Origin: Eledone cirrhosa
Taxonomy: Eukaryota
Length of the DNA stretch: 64,000 bases
Reading direction: 5' to 3'
Assembly (NCBI GenBank): GCA_964016885.1
Contig: OZ024740.1
Location: forward strand, 239,878,001 to 239,942,000
Shown here in pieces: positions 1-14,167 of this stretch. The position numbers were made by a program, and so were the translations under genes. Every line of letters starts with the position of its first letter. Positions within the stretch are counted from its first letter, which is position 1. The notes under the pieces are model-generated. The model saw only the letters and a list, made by a program, of their open reading frames with translations. It was not told where the DNA came from and did not search any database.

Positions 1-574
1 CAGGCGCCCAGTTTTCTCGGTCTTTGCTTGACCCAGGATTGGAGCTCGGTGAGCGAGACGAGTCGGGGAAAGGCTCGCCTCACAAACGGGGCCCACACCG
101 GTTGACCGGTGAGGAATACCTGGAGGTGCCGTAGCTTTAATGCGTGTTTACGCATCATCAGCCATGGCATCCGCAGCCCTCCTTTCGAAGGGTGTTGGCA
201 GCAGATGGATCTCCTCACCATAGGAGCCCGCTTCTTCCAAAGGAATTGGAAGAGTGCGCGCTCAATTTTGGCAAGCGTTTCCCTTGGGCAAGGCACGACG
301 GTCAGGCGGTAGTAGATGACGGACGCTATAGAAGTGTTCGCCACCTCCGCCCGACCTTTCATGGACAGTTTACACTCGGCCCACTTCTGGGTCAGTGCAA
401 ACACCCTGTTCGTTACATCACCCCAGATCTTCTCCACCTGGAGGTCTGGTCCGAACCAGACCCCGAGCAACTTCACCGGGCCCTCTGTCCAGCGACCGAC
501 GACGCCATCGGAGGGCATCGATTTGCCCCTCCACGTGCCGAGTTGCAAACCGATCGACTTGTCCCGGTTCAGCT
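1..574 (-). mobile_element. Tx1/L1-clade LINE ORF2 fragment (post-RT region), 5'-truncated; continues beyond the window start
   Basis: Near-identical to 8411-8974. The minus strand encodes ...VWFGPDLQVEK.W...KWAECKLS.KGRAEVANT, as in the other Tx1 ORF2 copies. It ends abruptly at the 67-bp hairpin. Confidence 0.9.
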
Positions 575-719
575 TAAACAAAAACAATACATCATAAAGA
601 TATAGAGTCCCTGCGAGGTCTGCCGACTTATCAAGAGGATAGTAAAATGAGGTATCCTCTTGATAAGTCGGCAGACCTCGCAGGGACTCTATATCTTTAT
701 GATGTATTGTTTTTGTTTA
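575..719. repeat. Perfect 67-bp inverted repeat (foldback) with an 11-nt spacer
   Basis: 575-641 is the exact reverse complement of 653-719; the spacer is GTAAAATGAGG. Confidence 0.97.
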
Positions 720-744
720 TGCCACGAAACTACGTAGTCGAGGA
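655..744 (+). ncRNA. Type I hammerhead ribozyme, U3-A8 core variant with a large stem II loop
   Basis: Stem I TCCTC(655-659)/GAGGA(740-744); core TTGATAA(660-666); stem II GT-c-GGCA/TGCCAC; GAAA(726-729); palindromic stem III ACTACGTAGT; GTC cleavage triplet (737-739). Confidence 0.75.
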
Positions 745-975
745 ATCTAGGAGCACTTTAGGTATGATACATTTTATTACTAATTATATCTAAATGTTTC
801 TTCTCTCTTCATAATGTATTTTTAACTCTGATACTGGTTCAGTCTGGTTCAACCGGATTGGTCTGTCCCAGTCATTCATTGAGCAACATCGGTGAGGTTG
901 GCACCCTTAACTCACGGTTGGGTGTGGATGCATTCATGTATATGTGTGTGTCCGCATGTATCTGTGTGTTTCTAA

Positions 976-980
<5 letters not shown>

Positions 981-1059
<79 letters not shown>

Positions 1060-1090
1060 TACATATCGGTGTGTGTATGTGTGTGTGTAT
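981..1090. repeat. (TA)n microsatellite with a (TG) tail
   Basis: Direct inspection. Confidence 0.95.
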
Positions 1091-1439
1091 AAGGCAAGAA
1101 ATGTAAATATAGGAAACTATGTGAAATGATATACAACAAAACTACCACCATGAATATACTATATCTCCTAGTATTAGAGTACAACTATTTCTAAGCTACA
1201 ATCATAATAACAGTATAACCATCTCTACCGCCATTACTACACTGTAACCATTACAACCCCACGAACATCTCTACACTACATCCAACACTACATCACAACA
1301 CTACACTTCTTTTACCCGAAACTCCTGATGGCGCCGTAGTGACATATAGCGTTTCTTGGGTATATTGCAAGCCTGATGGAGCCCATCTTCTCCAGAGAAG
1401 GAGAGAGAGAGGGTGTCAATAATGGAATAGGAAATAGAC

Positions 1440-1595
1440 ATAGAATAAGAATCGACTCCAGTACTGGACTGCTACGCTTTTATTGACCGCCAAAAGATGA
1501 GAGGTGAAGTTAACTTCAACGAGATTTGGACTCAGAGCGCTGAGAATACAAAGCATTATATCTGTCTTTCTAGCGACTCTACCAATTAACCGCTA
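1440..1595 (-). mobile_element. Degenerate tRNA-derived SINE
   Basis: Diverged reverse complement of the SINE consensus (GTTAAC...GAGATTTGGACTCAG B-box region, CCAGTACTGG). Confidence 0.55.
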
Positions 1596-2637
1596 TGTAC
1601 CACTACACTAAAATTTCTAGTACACAGCAGCCACTAATATAGCTACGAATTTTGTTAAACATTCTATAGTAATAGAGACATCCTTTATAGTCTGTATTCA
1701 AGACTACAGTCGTTTCCATTTCCTTGTATCATTAAAGCCTAAGTTGTTCTGTAAATATAAACTAATGTTCAAATCTGAAGTGACGTAGTTCAGATTCGAG
1801 TGTAACCCTAAATATAACCTTTGAAATAACATGATCGAATATCTTTAAGAGAATGAAATGAACTCGTTATTTTCCAGCAGACGATTTTCTCGGTAGGGTT
1901 CTATCAATTTGAAAATATATTCAGCTTGAAAAACAATTACATAAAATTCATTAAAGTGATCATAAGAAAACGACAGGAAAATCAATAACATGATACTAAG
2001 TTCTCTCTTAGGTTTCAATATATTAAATTTTTATATTTTATCTAGAGTATTGACATATTTACTGAAACTAACTTACATATCTTCGATTTATAATATTTAT
2101 TGAGAGTAGTGATCTAATTTTAGTGATACTACAAGATGGAGGATTACAATGTTGATGGAGACTGATCGACAGAAATAGAAGCAAGGTTGAATGAGCAGCT
2201 GGAACATTCCAGTTAGTTCGGTAGAGAGATGTATTATTGAACAACTCGCAGCAGGTGTACATTAGACTATAACGATGCCTATAGTCAAATACATATATAC
2301 ATTCATACATACACATTCAATTGCATGTAAATATATATATATAAAGTATTTGTTGACTGTAGAGACATAATGTCAGTGATGCAGGAAGTTTGAGGAGTAC
2401 CATGTGGGGAAAGATCGACATAAACAGAGAAAAATGATGGTAGAATATAGAATAGTTGATACACTCCAGTGAGTTTAGTAGAGATATCTATTATGGTCTG
2501 TTGACAGCAGGTGTACATTAAACTATATTATAATGCATTAGGATGTCTTTGTTGAAAAGCACGTGTGATATACATACATACATACATACATACATACATA
2601 CATACATACATACATACATACATACATACATACATTA

Positions 2638-3248
2638 ATGGTGGCTGCCAACTCGTTTTCGAGTACGACCACTACTTTATATCCATGTAGGAGAACTCCT
2701 ACCGATGCGCTGAACAAGCGTGACTTTTTAGTTCAGCCAGCGACTTGAAAACTCTGGTACAAACACTACACTTGTGACAATTATTGACACATAGTGCTGG
2801 ACCCATGGTACCATGTGATGACAAGTGCAGAGAGATCTCCAGATATAAAGCAATGCCTGTGCCGTGAAGCTTTTATAGTGAGAAAAGGCACTTCACAAAG
2901 CCAGTCCCACTCTCTTAACCAAGATGATATTTACCAAACAGAAAAACAAGTAAACATCATTGGATACCATCAGGGTTGCAGGTGTTATATCAGAGTTTTC
3001 CTTCTCCTAGAATTCTGCCTTGACAAAGGCTAAGGGGTCATCTCTCACGGTCATTTTGGATGGCCATTAACTCTTAAGAGCTCCTTTGCCCTTTGACAGG
3101 TTTTGTTTTTAGTCCTGCAGGATGTCCAAAATCACCCTCCTCACCAAGAAACCTTGGTGGGGTTGGCAGTTTAGTCGCCAACGACCCGACCATGAGACAG
3201 GTTGTACTGGGATACATGTTACCAGTAGCACCAACTGGTGACCTGACC
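2638..3248 (-). mobile_element. ~610-bp non-autonomous retroelement with a (TATG)n tail, probably RTE-derived
   Basis: Closely similar to 11987-12593. The 3' end reads ...CTCGAAAACGAGTTGGCAGCCACCAT followed by (TATG)n at 2572-2635, and (TACA)n also flanks the 5' end. It has no credible ORF. The RTE assignment rests on recalled end motifs. Confidence 0.75.
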
Positions 3249-3251
3249 ATT

Positions 3252-3301
3252 AATACATACATACATACATTAATACATACACACGTACACATACACACAC
3301 T

Positions 3302-3337
<36 letters not shown>

Positions 3338-3377
3338 GTGAGAGAAGGGACAGATAGATATATATATATATACATAG

Positions 3378-3444
<67 letters not shown>

Positions 3445-3512
3445 AGAGAGAGAGAGAGACAGACAGGTAGATAGATAGATAAATAGATAGATAGATAAAT
3501 AGATAGATAGAT
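3252..3512. repeat. Compound microsatellite (TACA/CA/TA/AGAT/AG/AGAT)
   Basis: Direct inspection. Confidence 0.95.
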
Positions 3513-5814
3513 ATGTTTCTTTATTAGCCACAGGGGCACAAAAGAAGGGGACAAATACAAAGGGTGAAGTTGACATACAATAAAAACGTGTAAAATACTA
3601 TCACAAATGGAATTTAAAAATTAATCGATTTTCCCCAATAGGGGGAGACATTTCATTTGGGTAACACATACCCCCGAAAAAATGTGCAACCCTCATCTCC
3701 AGGAGTACGAAGAGTTTGTACCACTTTCCTTTCTTCCTCTTTTTCCTCAACCTACAGGCTGATATAGAGAGAAGGCCCATTCACTCAGGCCATTCTCGCC
3801 ACTTTCATCCACCTTTCATAAAACTTGCTGGGGTACAGCAACTCTCTCTCCATCCTGATTCTTCTCCCAAAGTGGTATTTGAAAAAAAGAATCAGTTTGT
3901 TGGCCGGAGAGAAAGGTGTCTGACCTCAGCCCTTTTAACCTCGTCCACCATACAACCTCTTTCACCATAGCCATAACACAAAGGAAAACCGCCTCTCCTT
4001 CGTTTTTGAAGGAGGGTGGTGGTTTGATCATGACAATGGACTCGGTGGTCAACCGGATTGGTCCCACCCGCGACAATAGTCGTTCTACATATCCCCACAG
4101 GTCAGTGACGCCCGAGCAGTGTATGAATGCGTGCGCGACGGTTTCTTCGTTACGCACGCACCTCGGACAGATCTTTTTTGCAGGGTCCCTGCCCGGGCGC
4201 CCATGTCTGTAGAGCTTGTCTCGAACTGGTAGAGCTCCTCGGTAGCACTGCTAGGCCAGGGACTTTTGGAGGTTGTCCATCGGTCCCGGGCGGAAGGTCC
4301 TACCGAACAGACTGGCCAGTTCGTCTTCCTCTACGCCTAGAGTTTCTCCGGGCGCATCGTCGCACTTGCTGCGGATCAACCCTCTATAGAATGACGAAGT
4401 GGAGTCTCCACTGATCGCCGGGTCCGCCTGCCAGAAGGCTGTGAGCGCCTGAGCACATTTGATGTGCCAGTCGCCCATTTTCCTAGGTCTTTGCTTGACC
4501 CAGGACTGCAGCTCGGTCAGCGAGACGAGTCGTGGGAAGGCTCGCTTCACAAACGGGGCCCACACCGGTTGTCCGGTGAAGAATACGTAGAAATGCCGCA
4601 GCCTGAGCGCGTGTTTGCGCATCATCAGCCACGGCATCCCCAGCCCTCCGTTGGAAGGGTGTTGGCAGCAGATGGATTTTCTCACCAAAGGAGCCCGCTT
4701 CTTCCAAAGGAATTGGAAGAGCGCGCGCTCCATTTTGGCGAGCGTTTTGGCTGGACAAGGCATGACGGTCAAGCGGTAGTAGATGACGGACTCTATAAAA
4801 GTGTTCGCCACCTCCGCTCGACCTTTCAAGGATAGTTTGCACTCGGCCCACTTCTGGGAGAGGTCAAACACCTTGGCCGTCACCTCGTTCCAGTTATTCT
4901 CCACCTGGAGGTCCGGACCAAACCAGACCTCGAGCAGCTTTACCGGTCCTTCCGTCCAGCGTCCGACGACGCAATCGGAAGGCATCGGTCTGCCTCTCCA
5001 CGATCCGAATTGCAAACCGATGGACTTGTCCCGGTTCAGCTTCGCTCCTGTGAACCTTTCGTATTCTTTCAGTAAGGTGCCGACTTCCTCGATTTGCGAG
5101 GTGCTCGACACGATTACTGTCAAGTCGTCGGCGCAGGCCGACGCCGCTTTCCGCAGTCCCGGTTCCAGAGCAATGCCCTGCAATAGCTCCAACTTCCGCA
5201 GTAGTGGCTCGAGAGTCAGTACGTACAGAAGAGAAGAGAGAGGGCATCCATGTCGAATGGATCGCGTGATATGGAACCGCTCCGAGAGGTAGCCGTTCAC
5301 CTTGACCCTTGAGCAGATGTTGCTTCTGTGCATTGCAGCAATCCAGCCCCTGGACACGGGTCCGAAGCCTGCCGCCTAGAGTACCGCATCCACGTAACGA
5401 TGGTCAACCCTATCGAAAGCCTTAGACTGATCCAAGTTGATGAGGGCCCCACCGAACCCGGGTTTACACCCAACCCTCTCTACGATGTATCGTATGAGGT
5501 GGAGGTTGTCGTGTATGGACCTGGTCGGGATTGCGCATGTCTGCGCTCTCCCATCAGGTTTTTGACGACAAGCGCCAGCCTCTTTGCCAACACCTTGGCC
5601 AAAATCTGTAACTCAGTGTTTAGCAGAGTTATGGGCCGGAAGTTGCCTCTGTCATCCCCCTTATTCTCGTTGTGGTGTCTGTGTTATTTGGAAGGAGTAT
5701 GTTTTGGGGAGCTGTTATGTTTGTGGGTGTTTTTGCAGTGGTTTTAGGTGGAGTGGGGTTGGGTGGGACTGTGCTTGTAGTTTGGTTTGTTGTTCTTGTT
5801 TGGTTATGTTTGCG

Positions 5815-5848
<34 letters not shown>

Positions 5849-7310
5849 CTTCTTCTTCTTCTTCTTCTTCTTCTTCTTCTTCTTCTTCTTCTTGTGCCGG
5901 TGGTTGTGTTGTTGTTTTGGGTGTTGGCAGTAGTGTCTCTTTTTTTTGCAGCTAACTGAGGACAGTAAGCCTTCAGGTGACCACTGCTTAAACAGTGGTA
6001 ACATGAAGGCCGCCTTCTCTCAACAGAAATGTTTATGTATGAAATCCCATCCAGAGGCACACGTTGGGGTATTTTACCTATCCGTTCTGGCCTCATTTGG
6101 ACCAGAACTTCCAGGCTTGTACTATTGAATGTGCCTCTGGAGGACTTTCCCACTGAAATGATGGTGTCTTCATCGAAATCGATGACGCTAGTCAAAATCC
6201 ACCAGACGTTTACATTTGGTGTAATGTTCGAAATTTTAATTTTCTGGGTTCTTTTTCCCATATATGTGGGAAAAGGTGTAAGGGGGGGGGGGGGGCGGGG
6301 GCAATTGGCGACACAGAATATTTTTGTGCCGTCAAGTGGTCTTTCTTCAACACCGAAATGCTTCCAAAAAGTTTACCTTTTTGGATGAAGGCAATATCCT
6401 TCATTGAATTTTTCAGAACCTGTTCAATGTCGTTTTGGGATAATTGCACTGGTTTTTTTGACACATTTGAAACTGTCCTAAAAATTATTGTTTTTAGGAT
6501 AGTTTCTCTACGTAACTGTTGAGGAGAAGTGATGCTGAAAGCACCACTCTAACCAAAAGTTACATACTGCTTTGCATCTCTTAACAACTCCTTATCATTG
6601 GAGATGTCAAGGTATGTAAATAGTTCCGTCTTTTGGACGATTTGTGCAAAGGAAATCTTTTCCTTGTTTGTGGAGTTGTTCGTGTTGCTGTTGTTGTTGG
6701 TGGTGTTATTGTTGTTATTTTTGCTGTCGTTGTTCTTGTTGTCATTATTGTTGTTGTTGTTCTTCTTCTTCTTGTCACTGATGTTGATATTGTTCGTATT
6801 TTCCTTGGTGTTGTTGTTGTCTTTGATGCTGGTATTATTGGTGTTGTCTTTATTTTTTTCTTTGTTGTTGTTGTCATTGTTGTTTTTATCATCATTATTG
6901 GTGTTGTTGTTGTTATTTTTGTTGTCATTGTACTTGTTTGGTGTCATTTGTGTCGTGTGGATTTGAATTCTTTTTTACAATTTGGTTTCTTCTTTCCATC
7001 TCCATAGTATCTATGGAGAAGGAAAGGGAAGAAGACAAAGTTGACTGCGAGCTATGTAGTCTTACCGACTCTCCACCAACATTATCACCAAACGCAGCGT
7101 TCATAGTGTAAGCAAACTTCTTACGATATTTTTTTTCAAAATTCGATAGATAAAAATTTTTCAATCGACTATTCCGCCCGCTTGGGGGCGAAAATGAGTT
7201 GACCCACCGCCTGAAGGTCCAGCTACACAACAATATAAAAATTGAACAAAAACTTACGGTTTTTCCACAATAAAATTACCGAATACTTCGGAGCGAAGTA
7301 TACAACGTCT
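3513..7310 (-). mobile_element. Tx1/L1-clade LINE, (AGAT)n-associated subfamily; both ends present but internally deleted (ORF1 C-terminus and endonuclease missing)
   Basis: ORF1 pieces: poly-Asn region, ISFAQIV, and the CCHC knuckle CYHCLSSGHLKAYC (5629-6261). These join at ~5665 to RT (NFRPITLLN, RHGCPLS, ACADDLT) and a C-terminal C..C/ETVAHAF..C region, with the stop at ~3752. AATAAA lies immediately before (ATCT)n, and (AGAT)n flanks both sides. Confidence 0.9.
4251..5665 (-). pseudogene. Tx1-like ORF2 reverse transcriptase region (frameshifted)
   Basis: ORF 4251-5357 (368 aa) contains RT domains (SIRHGCPLSSLLY, ADD, KLLEVWF, GGLGMP). The upstream RT motifs lie in another frame. Confidence 0.85.
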
Positions 7311-9001
<1,691 letters not shown>

Positions 9002-9289
9002 AGATAGATAGATAGAATGCAATAGCGTGCTATTTTAACATTTTATCTGATAGGTTTCACAGTGATTCCAAAGGACCATTCAAGCATAGCTCCTCGTTTC
9101 AAATTTCGTATAGCTGCCAACTTCAACTTGAAGGAGAAATATCTTTTCCTCGGCTGTGTAATTAAAATATATATTAAACTTTTCAGCCTCGGTACTTCAC
9201 GTGCTATATGACAACCCTTGTCTACTTGAGTTCTAAGTGACTCACATTGATTCGAATATAGTTGAAAATAAAGTATATTCGGGAATTTT

Positions 9290-9501
9290 ATTTTTTTACT
9301 TTAGGCACATGGCTAGCAAATTTGGAGAAAGGGCAAAGTTGATAAAATCAACCCCTGCACTGGACTGGTTCTTTGTTTTATAGACCCCGGAAGGATGAAA
9401 GCCAAAGTTTACCTTAGTGGGATTTGAATTGTGAAGAACACAAGCAAATACCAGAATACCATTTTGTCCGATGCGCTACCAATTCTGCCAATCCACCACC
9501 C
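9290..9501 (-). mobile_element. tRNA-derived SINE (diverged)
   Basis: The reverse complement has the GGTGGATTGGCAGAATTGGTAG A box, the TTCAAATCCC B box, and a CTTTCATCCTTCCGGGGTC core. Confidence 0.8.
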
Positions 9502-9622
9502 ATTATTTAAGGAATATTATCGTTTCTTATAACTATTTGTATATTGTAAACATTGATTAATAACCGCAAAATTAACCATACGTTGTCTCCATTCTACTAT
9601 TTTGCGCATGGCAGGAAGAGAC

Positions 9623-9802
9623 AATAATTGTTTCTACTTTTGGCACAAGGCCAGCAATTACCCAGTACATTACTGGTACTTTATTTTATCGACCCCGTAA
9701 GGATGAAAGGCAGAGTTAACCTCGGCGGGATTTGAACTCAGACCGTAGAGGGACGTAACTATGCAGGAAAGCATGGCGTCCGACTCTCTACCGATACTGC
9801 CA
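9623..9802 (-). mobile_element. tRNA-derived SINE
   Basis: A box TGGCAGTATCGGTAG, B box GAGTTCAAATCCC, conserved core GCCTTTCATCCTTACGGGGTCGATAAAATAAAGTACCAG (resembles the Meta/Nin-type SINE central domain), tail AGAAACAATTATT. Confidence 0.9.
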
Positions 9803-10129
9803 GAGACAATAATGAAATTTAGCAGTTCTATTAAATGTTCAATGAGATGGGTCTCAGGTGATCTTTTACGTTCATATTGCACTCTGTATATCACTATGAA
9901 ATCCATCAGCTGACAGTAACGCACCCTCCATGTGTACGGTATTCATATATTGTGTACACATTCTGCTTCATTGTCCTTTTTAATCGTTTATCGTTTAATT
10001 TTAATAAGATTATAAATGTCAGGTGAAATGTGTCCGAACACGGAAGAGCCGAACCTCCACTGTTATTGCCTCCAACTCTCTCGCCCTCCATATCTCTCTG
10101 TATTGTGAGCAAGTGGGGTCCCACGTGCT

Positions 10130-10350
10130 GGCCGCCCCACAACCCCGGCGGACAAAATGGAGAAGGTGTTCTCCCGGAGGATGGTAAGGGGGATGCGCTG
10201 GAAGAGTCATTCCATCTCGCAAGGCTCACACCTGCGGCTGGCCAGCTCAGCGCCTATGGTGGTGAGTAGGGAGGTATCCCTAGGGCCAAGGACACCAGAA
10301 GTCTCCACTGCCAAGGGCACCTGTCCGAGAGCGACCGCTACTTGGAGAGT
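10130..10350 (-). mobile_element. CRE-like LINE 3' fragment
   Basis: Homologous to 56990-57220 (PLAVETSGVLGP...TTIG.ELASRRCE). Confidence 0.75.
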
Positions 10351-10833
10351 TTAATTGTTTTCAATTTTTGTCGAAACAGATCCTTCTTTGACGTCTCTTT
10401 TGTATTCTGTATCAGTGTCGAAGGATCACTATACATATATTGTTTCTTTCCAAGCAGACATGTTTTAAGCGCTGAAACTGTTATAGGAGCCTCTTACAAC
10501 AGCCGGTGATAGAGATGTTCTTGGGTATGTCCGCTTTCGTGCGACTTTCTTTGCTATGAACAAATACATACCTATACTGTAAAATTCCGTTATAACAAAA
10601 TTCACGATGTATGAAAAAATGTTTCTTTGTAAGTGGCAAACTTTAACGCTTCAACACACTATACCAATAGTTATATCTTCTCACTGACTCTTTTGCTGAC
10701 ATTTTATATAGTTTCCTATCTCATTTAAACAATCAATAAATGAAACATCCCCATGTATGACAAACCGAATCTTTTACATTTTTACCTCTCGGCATATACA
10801 CATGCGGGCACATGCGCGGTGCACCTACATACA

Positions 10834-11249
10834 TGATGGCTGCTAACTCTGCCAAGAGTACTGCAATTGCTTGTCAGATTATAGAGTTTGGTGCACTTGT
10901 AGGCAATGCCTGAGCTTTCAATGTTTTTTAAGTGGGGAAAAGCCTTGCACTCAACCAATTCCACTCGCTGAGTATCGAAAACACTACCCGAAAAGGAAAA
11001 CTGGTCAACATCATCGGATGCTTCCGAAGCCGCATGATTTTTTTTTCAGAGTTTCCCTCTCCTAGAAATGTGTTGTGACACCTACTGCGGGGCTTTCACT
11101 CCCAGGTGAAAAAAAGTACTATTTCGATGGCCTTTGATTCTGCTGATTTACTCCACCTTTTGCCGGGTCTTGTATTTTATATCACAGGGTGTCCAAATAT
11201 CACCCTCCTCGCCAAGCAAGCTTGGTGGGGTTGCCGGTTTATTCGCCGA
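10834..11249 (-). mobile_element. Diverged member of the (TATG)n-tailed RTE-like non-autonomous family
   Basis: Shares the ATGATGGCTGC..ACTC end, GAGTTTCCCTCTCCTAG, and GTCCAAA.ATCACCCTCCTC.CCAAG..A.CTTGGTGGGGTTG blocks with 2638-3248. Confidence 0.65.
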
Positions 11250-11623
11250 CATACATACATACATACATGCATACATACATACATACATACATACATACAT
11301 ACATACATACATACATACATACATACATACATACATACATACATACATTATTGGTGCTACGGGTTATATACCAACCCGCTTGGACCAAAGTATGACCGAA
11401 CTTGGATTTGCGGACAAAAAGCGCAGCTCCCTAATTCATAGTCTACAAATGGCTGCGATAGCTGGCACCTTCAAAATATGCAAAACATTCTTGCGATTCA
11501 AGGGATGACAATTTCTTTTCTTTTACAACCTTGCCACCAGGAAGGTGGCCGGTCAAAAAAATATACTCGAAATTAAGAGAAAGAGAAAACATACATACAT
11601 ACATACATACATACACACGTACG

Positions 11624-11694
<71 letters not shown>

Positions 11695-11696
<2 letters not shown>

Positions 11697-11942
11697 GATG
11701 GCTGCCACTCCATTTCGAGTAATGCCATCGCTTGATACTTAAGCAGACGTGGCTTTTTAGTCCTGCTACGGACTTTCCTATGGCCAGCAATACCATGCAT
11801 CACAAAACATGTCACATATCAAGCGATGTCTGAGCTTCAAGCTTTTTTAAGTGAGGAAAGGCTTTGCACGGGCCATTCCCACTCGCTGAACATCAAATTC
11901 ATTTACCCAAAAAGAACTGGTCTAGATTATTGGATGCAAATG

Positions 11943-11943
<1 letters not shown>
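11695..11943 (-). mobile_element. Diverged 3' part of the (TATG)n-tailed RTE-like family
   Basis: ATGATGGCTGCCACTCC..TTCGAGTA, GCTTTTTAGTCC and CCCACTC.CT.AAC blocks match 2638-2970. Confidence 0.65.
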
Positions 11944-11973
<30 letters not shown>

Positions 11974-11986
11974 CATACATACATAC

Positions 11987-12593
11987 ATGGTGGCTGCCAA
12001 CTCGTTTTCGAGTACGGCCATTACTTTATATCCATGTAGGAGAACCCCTACCGATGCGCTGAACAAGTGTGACTTTTTAGTCCAGCCAGCGACTTGAAAA
12101 CTCTGGTACAAACACTACACTTGTGACAATTATTGACAAGTGCTGGGCCCATGGTACCATGTGATGACAAGTGCAGAGAGATCTCCAGATATAAAGCAAT
12201 GCCTGTGCCGTGAAGCTTTTATAGTGAGCAAAGGCACTGCACAAAGCCAGTCCCACTCTCTTAACCAAGATGATATTTACCAAAAAGAAGAACAAGTCAA
12301 CATCATTGGATACCATCAGAGTTGCAGGTGTTATATCAGAGTTTTCCTTCTCCTAGAATTCTGCCTTGACAAAGGCTAAGGGGTCATCTCTCCCGGTGAT
12401 TTTGCATGGCCATTAACTCTTAAGAGCTCCTTTGTCCTTTGACAGGTTTTGTTTTTAGTCCTGCAGGATGTCCAAAGTCACCCTCCTCACCAAGAAACCT
12501 TGGTGGGGTTGCCAGTTTAGTCGCCAACGACCTGACCATGAGACAGGTTGTACTGGCATACATGTTACCAGTAGCACCAACTGGTGACCTGAC
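11987..12593 (-). mobile_element. ~610-bp non-autonomous RTE-like element, second full copy
   Basis: Closely similar to 2638-3248; (TACA)n on both sides. Confidence 0.8.
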
Positions 12594-12764
12594 ATACATA
12601 CATACATACATACCTACATATTCCTTTACTCGAGGTTGAGACTGCACACTGATGCGACTCTGTTTTTCTCCGCTTCTGTATATAACGAATGTATATAGAT
12701 AAATACAATATATAGCCATACATGTAAACACACACTCATGCAAGTCCACGTGCGCTCGCCGCGT

Positions 12765-12875
<111 letters not shown>

Positions 12876-13479
12876 CATGTATGTGTCTATGTATATGTGT
12901 GTGTGAGTGTGTGCAAAGGGTAGAGAGAAATAACAAAGCAAACGTCACAGTAAAATGAAGAAACGCTTGAAATAATAGGTTAAGAATATCAACGTTGTAG
13001 ACACTAGTCCTTCATCAGAAGACAGAATGAGAAATAAAACATGAAATAAAGAGATAGAGAGATAGAGAGTGAGAAGAGAAAGGAACGGGGGGGGGGGAAT
13101 TGAGAAGAAAAGCGCACATGCATATTCAGTCAGCCAATGGGTGTGTGTAGGGGGGGGTCTGTGTGTCAGTGAGTGTATGCCTGTGTCTATGTGTGCGTGT
13201 GTATGTATATATATATATATATATGTGTGAAGTCTGCGAATGGGCAGAGTCGTTAGAACATCATGTATTATACTTTGCGTTATTAGTTCTGGCTTTTTTT
13301 CCGCCATGACTCGAAATCGCGCCGTGGTCAAATCTTATGAGTCCGATAAAACATGTCCTAGTCCTCTATTAGCGTCGATTCATCATCATCACTCTGTCTC
13401 TCTCACTCACTGTTTCTCTGCATGAAATAGGCTATGACGGGCCCCTACAACTCAAACAGGTCAAGAAACTGGGATAACT

Positions 13480-13670
13480 CCGACATAAAACCTGCGGCTC
13501 AGTAGCTACCGATGATGTTGATCTTTTCTTCTTTTCAGGGTATAGCTACCATCGCTCAGAGAGTGGGATTGGCTCAGTGCACAGTCTTTCCTCGCTTTAA
13601 AAGAAATCAGTGATATATAATCTTATATCGTGCAATGGCCAAACTCCATAACGAGGGGGCAGCCATAATA
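13480..13670 (+). mobile_element. Diverged plus-strand 3' part of the RTE-like family
   Basis: AACTC.GA.ATAA.ACCTGC, CCGATGATGTTGA, GAGAGTGGGA.TGGCT and terminal ACGAG..GGCAGCCA match the reverse complement of 2638-3000. Confidence 0.55.
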
Positions 13671-13676
13671 TAATAC

Positions 13677-13720
<44 letters not shown>

Positions 13721-13739
13721 TTGTGTGTGTGTGTGTATC

Positions 13740-13845
<106 letters not shown>

Positions 13846-14100
13846 AATCACTAATATCCTCGATGGATCTCTGGGCCCAAATAGATGTCCAACGGCCCAA
13901 TTAATTGTTCTCTACAGTTCATTGTTATATAATAAATTATTCCTGTTCTACTTATATTGGAACAATGCCAAACGTTCCATAAATCTTTCTCGGTAACATG
14001 TTGTACTGTGTTATATTTAGTTATGTTGTTTGGTGTTTTGGGTTAGAATTTTACTAATAAATTATCTCAGAGACTTAAGTACCTCTATGTTAAACATATA

Positions 14101-14167
<67 letters not shown>

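Noticed and set aside
2195-2545. Imperfect direct repeat (CAGCAGGTGTACATTA.ACTATA twice)
   Set aside because: It is short and diverged with no further structure, so probably an old local duplication.
3120-3248. Possible HDV-like ribozyme at the 5' end of the RTE-like element
   Set aside because: Hairpins and a P3/L3-like ACC-TGTCTCAT-GGT exist, but I could not assign P1, P1.1 or P2.
10350-10600. Possible host exon on the minus strand
   Set aside because: All three frames contain stops, there is no recognisable protein motif, and the splice context is weak.
12975-13025. Minus-strand CTGATGA followed by a GGAC/GTCT hairpin (hammerhead-like)
   Set aside because: GAAA is replaced by ACAA and stem I does not pair. 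At best this is a decayed motif.
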